Positions 8,060 through 15,300 of a stretch of 20,000 bases of DNA are shown here, one piece after another. Every line of letters begins with the position of its first letter. Position 1 is the first letter of the stretch. This DNA comes from an uncultured virus (IMG/VR IMGVR_UViG_3300003690_002253). Its lineage: Duplodnaviria > Heunggongvirae > Uroviricota > Caudoviricetes. The notes under the pieces were generated by a model, which worked only from the letters and a program-made list of their open reading frames with translations, was not told where the DNA came from and searched no databases. The stretch is from IMG/VR virus record IMGVR_UViG_3300003690_002253. One strand, written 5' to 3'. The translations under genes were made by a program, and so were the position numbers.

Positions 8060-10246
8060 TCAATCACGCGCTCTATTATCCTCCACGCGCCATTCCATGT
8101 ATTTAGGCAGCTGATTCAAAATTAGGCGCTTCGCCTGCTCCGTAGTAATACTCGGATCTTCCTCAATTTGGTTCTTTATGGCCTTTATCCAAGTCACTAT
8201 TCTCATCGCTTGAAGGCGTTTTTTATCCGCGAGTTCTGCGTATGCACGAATACTATTTAGAGGGTACCCCGGCTCATATAGCAGCGGCGAGCCGGTCATG
8301 ATCGGCGGGAGACTGTACTTGTCTCTCCGGTTGCGATAATAGCTCGGATCTGTGGCCCAGTCCGGCATCTCTGCGAACTCTTTAACTTCATTGAGAACTC
8401 TCTTAAGAGGGTTGGCCCGGCTATTAGCATGTATGTGTGGGTCGTTGTAGTAGGCAGGGCGGTTAGGGCCGTGCGGCAGATTGCTACGTAAGACCTGTCG
8501 TCCCAATGGATCATAAAGCCGCCGACTACGTTCATCTGCATACCCCTCTCCCCTCCGCAGGTGGGCATGCTGCGGGTCGCGCGGGTAGTCGTACTCTCCT
8601 CTTTTACGACTTATATATCCGAGTAATGAATTATCCTCCCTGTAGGACTTCCAAAACTCGTCCGCAAAAGGCCGCTGTCCCGGAGCCATTGTTGTCGTAT
8701 GAGGTGTATGAGAAGGATGAAGCTTAGACAATTGATGAAGCAGATTGAAGTAATTCTGTTGTGCCTTCGTGGCGCGGTCGCGGGGTGCACGATACTCTTT
8801 ATCCACCAGCCGTCCATACTGATGGCCGGTGAGGTTGTAAAAATCGTTTGTGTCGTGAATGTAGTCGCCGAATACCGTCCCGCGCTGCAATCTGCCTCCG
8901 GGACCATACAACTTCTTCATAAGCTCTATCTCACGCTTAGGATCTTTTGAAGGTCCTCCATATGCTGCATTCACCAAAGCCTTCGCCGCAGCGGGATACG
9001 ACTTTTCCTCTATACCGGCTTGACCCATATTTTGACGTGCCGTATCTAATCCCTGCCGAGCTGCCTCGCCAAAACTGAATGGCGACGGTTCGGGGCGGTC
9101 TCGGAAACCCCGTGTTTGCCGTTGACGATTCGCGCTCTCCGTGAGTCCTCTTATTATCTTAGTTCTGAGGTCTGGGCTGACTTGCCTCGTCAACTGAGCT
9201 AAGAGAGGAGAGTTCTCTACACCCTCCGGATCACTTATGGCGGATTGAGCGAGATCCCCGTGAAATTTCCTCTGCTCTTCTCTATATATCGTCGGCATAT
9301 CGTCCGCGATAGATCGCTGAACACCTGTTATCGCTAGTCCGAACGGCGAGAGACTTCTGACGATATCAATAACAGCTGAGCGAGTGGGATGCTCTTGAAG
9401 GCGATGAGCCGCACTTCGCTGCATGCTGGGATATACCTCTCTTCCTGTTTCACGCCACAAGGCCCGAGCAACAGGATCATTCCTACTAAAACTATGAGGC
9501 AACAAACGTAACGCATCACTCCCTTGTATACTTTTTGTAAGTTCTTCTGCCTCATCAGAAGTTAAGTTAGCCAGCTGACCAATTTGTCGAGCATAACTCG
9601 CAGGCTGCTGATACATAACTTGATTAGTTGATTCAAAAGCTGCTGCCGTGGCAGCTCCAATAGGTACAGCCTTATTTATTAATCGCAAAGCATTAGCCGT
9701 GCTCTGACGTGTACGGTCAAGAACGCGCGGAGTCTCTGATTTAGGTTTGGGAGGATTCCAGCCCTTGGGGACGAGAGACAGGGGGCCCTTCGGCTTCAGT
9801 GGTTTGAGAAATCCCTCTGCACTCAAGCCCGGTGGCCTGTCCAGCCCGGGATAACGTGGGTTAATAATAGCACGACCTAGATCAAGCGCTTTTATAGGCT
9901 GCCCCACGGGAACACCAGTGATACCACGAGTAACCTTACCCCCGGCACCCTGAATCGCTTTTAAAACCGCCCGGGAGAAGGCAGCCTTCTCCATGGCTGC
10001 TTGACGTGCATCTTGATAATCCAAGATATTTTGTGAGGACAAACCACCCGGCACTAAACCCTGCGTCCCCATCATTTTCCTCACCCTCGGAGCCACGAAC
10101 TGGTCCATGATGAGACCCATGATGTCGGTTCTCCTCTGCGGGGGCGCAGTCACCACGGGAGCAAATCCCTGACCCAACTGATTCAACAGCATCAAGTCCG
10201 TCTGCCCAACCTGACGTCCGAGTTGTGCTATTTTGTGAAAACGCAT
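8060..10246 (-). CDS. Large leader-bearing hypothetical protein with a split leader
   Basis: 728-aa ORF. Begins MRFHKIAQLGRQ, with RQAAMEKAA at residues 81-89. Confidence 0.85.
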   Translation of the reverse strand: MRFHKIAQLGRQVGQTDLMLLNQLGQGFAPVVTAPPQRRTDIMGLIMDQFVAPRVRKMMGTQGLVPGGLSSQNILDYQDARQAAMEKAAFSRAVLKAIQGAGGKVTRGITGVPVGQPIKALDLGRAIINPRYPGLDRPPGLSAEGFLKPLKPKGPLSLVPKGWNPPKPKSETPRVLDRTRQSTANALRLINKAVPIGAATAAAFESTNQVMYQQPASYARQIGQLANLTSDEAEELTKSIQGSDALRLLPHSFSRNDPVARALWRETGREVYPSMQRSAAHRLQEHPTRSAVIDIVRSLSPFGLAITGVQRSIADDMPTIYREEQRKFHGDLAQSAISDPEGVENSPLLAQLTRQVSPDLRTKIIRGLTESANRQRQTRGFRDRPEPSPFSFGEAARQGLDTARQNMGQAGIEEKSYPAAAKALVNAAYGGPSKDPKREIELMKKLYGPGGRLQRGTVFGDYIHDTNDFYNLTGHQYGRLVDKEYRAPRDRATKAQQNYFNLLHQLSKLHPSHTPHTTTMAPGQRPFADEFWKSYREDNSLLGYISRKRGEYDYPRDPQHAHLRRGEGYADERSRRLYDPLGRQVLRSNLPHGPNRPAYYNDPHIHANSRANPLKRVLNEVKEFAEMPDWATDPSYYRNRRDKYSLPPIMTGSPLLYEPGYPLNSIRAYAELADKKRLQAMRIVTWIKAIKNQIEEDPSITTEQAKRLILNQLPKYMEWRVEDNRARD

Positions 10247-10260
10247 GACATTATTCTTGA

Positions 10261-10594
10261 TAAAAGTGGTGAGCTGGGCAATAGCACCGAGGTTGATGAG
10301 TCACTGGTAGGCATAACCTAGACATCTCCAATAAACTCACCGCCTTTAAGTCTCTTGCCACTACCCGGCAGAAGAGACCGGTTTTGCGTGCAGAGATAAA
10401 GAGCGAAGGGGGTCTGAGGTACCCGAAACTCCTGCTCTGCCGCTCCTACTGCCCGGAGTTCCGTCGACGAGGTTTTTTCCCCAGCAGAACCCAAGGGAAG
10501 ATCCCCGAAAAGCCTCCCCTAATAGCTACTCGTGTGGTCAGGTTCCCGAAAACCCACCTCGCCCAAGCAGCCTGCGTACTCACCCGGTAGTCGC
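10261..10594 (-). ncRNA. Candidate structured RNA of unknown family
   Basis: A ~400-bp gap without a convincing ORF. It contains several nested helices whose G-U pairs work only on the minus strand, plus a UUCG-capped hairpin (see findings). Folded by eye only. Confidence 0.5.
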
Positions 10595-10617
10595 ACTAGC
10601 GCCTCCAAATCCATTTA

Positions 10618-10673
10618 ATCCGGTATTCCTCCATGAATAGTCAGTCCGTAGGTTACGGCACGGGGTAATCTTG
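10618..10673. repeat. 56-bp direct repeat, copy A
   Basis: 54/56 identical to 11164-11219. Covers QDYPVP-stop plus the downstream non-coding DNA. Confidence 0.95.
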
Positions 10674-11153
10674 CAAACGATTGATACTAAATTGACCTTC
10701 CGCAAGATCTTCAAGATACGGCTGATTTAACTTAGCAGCTTGTCCGGGAGCACGCTTACCCGGCGAAGATGGAATAGTATAACGTGATGGAGCGCCTAGC
10801 CCAGAAGCACTTAGATCGGGATATTTGAATGCTGGATGACCCGGCATCACCAGAGGACCAGTAAAGCCGGGATTTTTCTTACGTGCTGCCTGCATCAACT
10901 GGGCATACTGTCTCTGCTGATGAAATTTAGCCATAGGGCTCAAAGATTCCAAATCTCCAGTCCCATGAATTAACTGACGAATACCTTCTGGTGATTGCAG
11001 CTGCTGTTTAAACGACTTGACAAGCTCGGCATCCTTTGGCACCTTTGGTAGCTTTGGCGGCTTAACACCAGAAAGAGCTTTACTAACTGCCCGTTGGCCC
11101 ATCTTTTCCATGGCAGCTAGACGTCCAAGCTGTGCTATGTGTGGGTAGTTCAT
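10653..11153 (-). CDS. Leader-bearing hypothetical Lys/Pro-rich protein
   Basis: Start reassigned from 11180 to 11153 (MNYPHIAQLGRLAAMEKMG). Ends QDYPVP. Confidence 0.8.
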   Translation of the reverse strand: MNYPHIAQLGRLAAMEKMGQRAVSKALSGVKPPKLPKVPKDAELVKSFKQQLQSPEGIRQLIHGTGDLESLSPMAKFHQQRQYAQLMQAARKKNPGFTGPLVMPGHPAFKYPDLSASGLGAPSRYTIPSSPGKRAPGQAAKLNQPYLEDLAEGQFSINRLQDYPVP

Positions 11154-11163
11154 TTTCACTTTT

Positions 11164-11219
11164 ATCCGGTATTCCTCCATGAATAGTCAGTCCGTAGGTT
11201 ACGGTACAGGGTAATCTTG
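11164..11219. repeat. 56-bp direct repeat, copy B
   Basis: 54/56 identical to 10618-10673. Both mismatches are at third codon positions of PVP. Confidence 0.95.
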
Positions 11220-11684
11220 ATGGGGAAGAGCCTTGGATGGCTTTCGCGGACCACGAAGCAAACGGTTAAGCGGCTCTGCTAACCCTCTCACTTTATCGAT
11301 TATCTCGTTCGACTTCTCTCCACCGGGACCATACCCACTAGAAAGAGCAGCCCCACCACCAACTGCACCCACCGTGGCACCAGCACCCAGTATAGCTGAT
11401 CGAATTTTCTTGGGATCATACTGACCACGTTGAGTTAAAGGACGAGTTCCAAGCGGCTTATCCCCTTTCAGTATATTTAGGTATTGGTCATGCGGTATCC
11501 CATACCGCTTCGCAAGGCGTTCCAAGTCGGGGCGGAGTCTACCCCCTACGGACGAGGGTGCGAATGGACTAAAACCGCGAGCGACAGCGGAAGTTGGTGG
11601 CTTAGGTTTAAAAAAGGCTCGCTGAGCTGCCTTCTCCATGGCAGCTAGACGTCCAAGTTGTGCTATTTTGTGGTAATTGTTCAT
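11199..11684 (-). CDS. Leader-bearing hypothetical protein with a Gly/Ala-rich hydrophobic helix
   Basis: Begins MNNYHKIAQLGRLAAMEKAA. Contains AILGAGATVGAVGGGAAL and ends QDYPVP. GGAAGG upstream. Confidence 0.85.
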   Translation of the reverse strand: MNNYHKIAQLGRLAAMEKAAQRAFFKPKPPTSAVARGFSPFAPSSVGGRLRPDLERLAKRYGIPHDQYLNILKGDKPLGTRPLTQRGQYDPKKIRSAILGAGATVGAVGGGAALSSGYGPGGEKSNEIIDKVRGLAEPLNRLLRGPRKPSKALPHQDYPVP

Positions 11685-11722
11685 GGTATTACCTTCCAGC
11701 CTACAGGCTGCAATTTACTTCT

Positions 11723-12382
11723 CTACTTTACACCCCGTGGTTTTCCGACCCACACCAACTTAGCTTGAACTGTACCAGACTGAGGATTCACCTTGAAGGG
11801 ACCCATCTTATAACCACTCTCCTGAGCCAATATCCGATACGCAGACAGCCTAGGTTGACCCTGTTTGTCAATGCTGAGGGAGAGCACTCCCTTAGATCTT
11901 GACCCATCAATTATTTTCAGCATTGAAGCTTTCATATCCTTCGGCTGGTTGACCCAAAACTTGTCTGCGAATTTTTGGTCTCTGATTCTCAGCTGTTTAA
12001 TCCGTTCTGGTGTGAGCTTGGTAGCAGTGGTTGGTTTAGCTGCCGGAGTAGTTGCTACTGGTTTAGTCGGAGGTACAGCTGCTGGCTGCGCCGGTTTAAC
12101 TGGCATAGCTGCTGGTTGCGACAACGGGGCATCTCTGTACCCCTTCACCCCCTTACCATAAAGAGGATGGGTCGAATCAATCAGGTGGGGAATCTCAGGT
12201 GTCTCATTCAGTCGTCGGGGAAGATATGCCTCCCTCCCCGGCATCTCAGGTGCGGTAGGAACCTTCGGCGGCTTTGGTACCGCCGTTGGTATCTTTGGCG
12301 TTTTTTTGAACAGTGACTTCGGAACAGCCATCTTTTCCATGGCAGCCAAGCGACCCAGATTAGCCATATGGTCAAAATTCAT
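11723..12382 (-). CDS. Leader-bearing hypothetical basic Pro/Ala/Thr-rich protein
   Basis: Begins MNFDHMANLGRLAAMEKMA. QPAA/KP low-complexity linker and a probably globular basic C-terminus. Confidence 0.85.
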   Translation of the reverse strand: MNFDHMANLGRLAAMEKMAVPKSLFKKTPKIPTAVPKPPKVPTAPEMPGREAYLPRRLNETPEIPHLIDSTHPLYGKGVKGYRDAPLSQPAAMPVKPAQPAAVPPTKPVATTPAAKPTTATKLTPERIKQLRIRDQKFADKFWVNQPKDMKASMLKIIDGSRSKGVLSLSIDKQGQPRLSAYRILAQESGYKMGPFKVNPQSGTVQAKLVWVGKPRGVK

Positions 12383-12396
12383 TACTTGCTCATAAG

Positions 12397-15300
12397 TTAA
12401 GGTACTGGAATTGGTATACCTGTATCTGTTGTTGGCTTAGGAACAGCTGTATCTTCCTCTTCAGGTGGTGCGGTAGGTACTGCACCGGGCTCTTCGGCAG
12501 TTCCGCCGGGGACTTCTTCAGATGGTATGGTAGATGCCCCTATCTCAGGCTCTGCGGCAGTGGCAGCAGCCTCGTTACGCTGCTTGAAATACGCATCAAC
12601 TTGTGCTTTTGAAAACCCGGCGTGTCGGCCCATTTCATAATAAGTTATATTATATTCTGAGTTCGTATCGCTTCCACTTCTTGCGTCGGGGAGGACATAT
12701 TGGTCGAGCTGTGCCATAAGGGATGCGTTAGCTCCGGCATCAGCATCGGCATCAGCTCCGGCACCAGCTCCGGCACCAGCTCCGGGAGCATTCGCGTTAG
12801 CCTTCTCTGCACCGCCGAACAGACTACCGAACACCATCGGAAGGATAAACATAGCAAGTCCGGCCATTCCTGCCGTGGTGTTGCCACTTATTAATCCTCC
12901 AACACCTAAAGCTCCTCCAGCAATCATAAGTAATTTCAGAATAGGACTCATGTTCGCTACAGCCTCTGGTCCCATGACCATGCCCAGCAACGAGTCCATA
13001 CCAATCGACTTAGTGAACTTGTTAATATTTTCACCCATGCCGCCCAACAGATTGAAGCCGCCTGCTCCCATCTTGTCCAGAAGCATGGCTTTAACCTTGT
13101 CATGGCCTTCAGTCTCAATTATATGTTCAATAATCTTTCCTTCTTTCGCGGCAATGAACAACTTACCTAGCTTCGTCTCAGGATCTCCCAGCTCCGCGAC
13201 CATTTCGAGGTCAATACCCAGCTTTTCCGCAATGGCTTCGATGGCTCCGGGACTGTTCGTTAGCTTGTCGTATGCCTCTTGCCCAGCGAGGAGTGTGACG
13301 CCTCCTCCTACCGTTCCCCCTATCACCTTCCGAGTTAGGCTACCCGGTCTGGGCTCCGGGACAGCCGGTGTGACGGGAGAAGTGCCCAATGCTTGCAGAG
13401 CTGCGGTGTTCCTCGCCGCCCGACTGTCTGCCTCTTCAGCGTCTAAGCGAAGCGTCTCAGCTCTCTGTAGCCGAATCAACTCTGCCGCGTCAGCGTCTTC
13501 GCCGAAATCTAGCTTAAGTTGTCTCTCTGGTGTTGGCTTACCAGTGACTTCGTCGATGGCCTGCTGTGACGCCGGATTCGGCTGACGAGGACCATGCGTT
13601 TGCTCCAGCGGTTTCCGGCGGCCAATATTGGGAAATAGCTCAAGTTGCTCAGGTTGACCAGTCAAAACAGAGCCAGCGCCTAGATCAATCTCTTGATACC
13701 CCGCCTCAACCCTTCTTCTATTGTAAGCAGCCGGACTCTCCCCCCGACGCTGGTTTATCACTTGTCGTTGTGTGCTGGGTATAGGTGGTCCTTCTGGCGT
13801 CGTTGGTGTTACTTTTGGTTTTACTTTTTCTGGTGATGATAGTGATGCTGGCCCTTCAGGCACGTCTAGTTTCTTTGGTGGTGTGAACAGTCCAGTTGCG
13901 AGTGTTTTTGTAACCTCCGGGTCTGGTCTGACGGGGATGTTAATTACGTTGGACCCGCGCGATCCCAGCCCTCCCTTTATCGGCTTCTTGGGTGTGACCA
14001 CTGACTTCGGAACAGCCACCTTTTCCAGTAGCTGGGGGATATTTACCGCTCGCAGCTCTGTAATAAACTCATTTCCTACCAATCCCGCAGCCTTTTCCAG
14101 TGCGTTAGGTAGCAATTCAACAGCGAGACCACTGTTAATCAGACCGCCAAAAAAGGCACACGGGAAAGGAGCATAGCCCGCTTCCTTGAGCATCTTAATT
14201 GCATCTTGCGGAATATGTACGCTTGCAAAATCAGCAGCGCGAGCCCACCAACCGTCTGAACCACCGGGCTTACCTGTCACAAATGGACGCCGAGGCTGAT
14301 GTGCTGACAGGCCAGCTGACACTCTATCTGACGGACTCGGAACTGCGTAAGTACTTGCTTTTCCAGTCGATACCTTCTTCGGTACGGGCATGGGAGGACC
14401 AAGCTCCTTCGGCGCTGTCCCTTCATAGAGCTTTAGTCCGGGCCTGTTGTAACTCCAACGTCGATCCTTGGATAAGGGATATTGCTTGTTTTTACCAAGA
14501 AGATAGTCTTTAACAGCCGCATCCGTACGTCTCTCTTTCTCTCGCTCCCAGTCACGTGTGGGAGGATTATTAAACTCCTCGCGTACCCATTCCTCATGCT
14601 TCATGTCAGGATGCACAGCGTTACAGTCATGACGTGGTCGCTGATCCGCTGGCTGCATGGCGTATTTCGAAAGAGCAGCCTTCTCCAAGGAAGCCTTCCA
14701 CTCTTCATGAGTCTGATTGGGATGTACTCCATGGCAATCATGTCGCGGAGTCTGATCAGCAGGCTGTTCGGACTTACCGTACTTGTCCATTACTGAACTA
14801 GCTATCTGTGTCCCAACACCAAACGGCTCTGCCTTATTTCCATCTTCGTCTACAAAGTCAGCATGCTCCCGTTCGGTACCATGCTCATCAATGTACTCCC
14901 ACCGCCAGTTTTGACGATAAATTTTCTTACCGTCAGGTGTAGTAGCGAATAGTTCCCTGTCCTTTGGGTGCTCTTTCTTCTTCTCTTTCTTCGCGTATTT
15001 ACTCATCGCCTCTTTTGCATCGTCTACGTAGCTGTCCTCGTCTTCCTCCTCTTCTGCATGCTCGTCATCTTTGTCCCTGTTGAGATATTTGTATAACCCA
15101 TAACCACCTAATCCCAGCGCACCCGCGCCAACAGCCAGCTGGGGCCAGTGGTCCCCTAACCAGTCACCCTTATCATCCTTAGCTGTAAGACCTGTCGCTT
15201 CGGCGTCCTGTTTCAGGGTTTCCTGCCTCGCTTGATCCGTGTGAAGTGGTGTCGCCGGTACACCATCCGACTTCGGGTCTTGTTCCTCACGCCACTTAGT

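Noticed and set aside
10267..10342. ~75-nt element with a 7-bp acceptor-like stem as a tRNA; TGATGAG as a hammerhead core
   Set aside because: No T-loop TTCRA, D-loop or anticodon arm, and no GAAA after the putative hammerhead stem II.
10536..10572. Plus-strand GGTCAGGT...AAGCAGCC resembling SRP RNA domain IV
   Set aside because: The 21 nt between the two halves cannot form the short GNRA-capped stem, and the surrounding G-U pattern favours the minus strand.
10384..10590. 68-aa plus-strand ORF in the gap
   Set aside because: TTG start, no SD, opposite to all other genes and no recognisable motif.
6415..12382. Recurrent ~24-33-bp repeat as a CRISPR array or attC-like site
   Set aside because: Spacing is about 0.5-2.3 kb and irregular, every copy is in-frame coding with synonymous variation, and no cas or integrase gene is present.
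6405..12382. Leaders as RiPP or bacteriocin double-glycine leaders, or as Sec/Tat signals
   Set aside because: No ELxxxxL...GG pattern, hydrophobic core or twin-Arg motif, no transporter or modifying enzymes in view, and the cargo is far larger than RiPP cores.
12875..13585. Long plus-strand ORFs (also 3690-4280, 15847-16338 and others)
   Set aside because: They are antisense shadows fully overlapping better-supported minus-strand genes.
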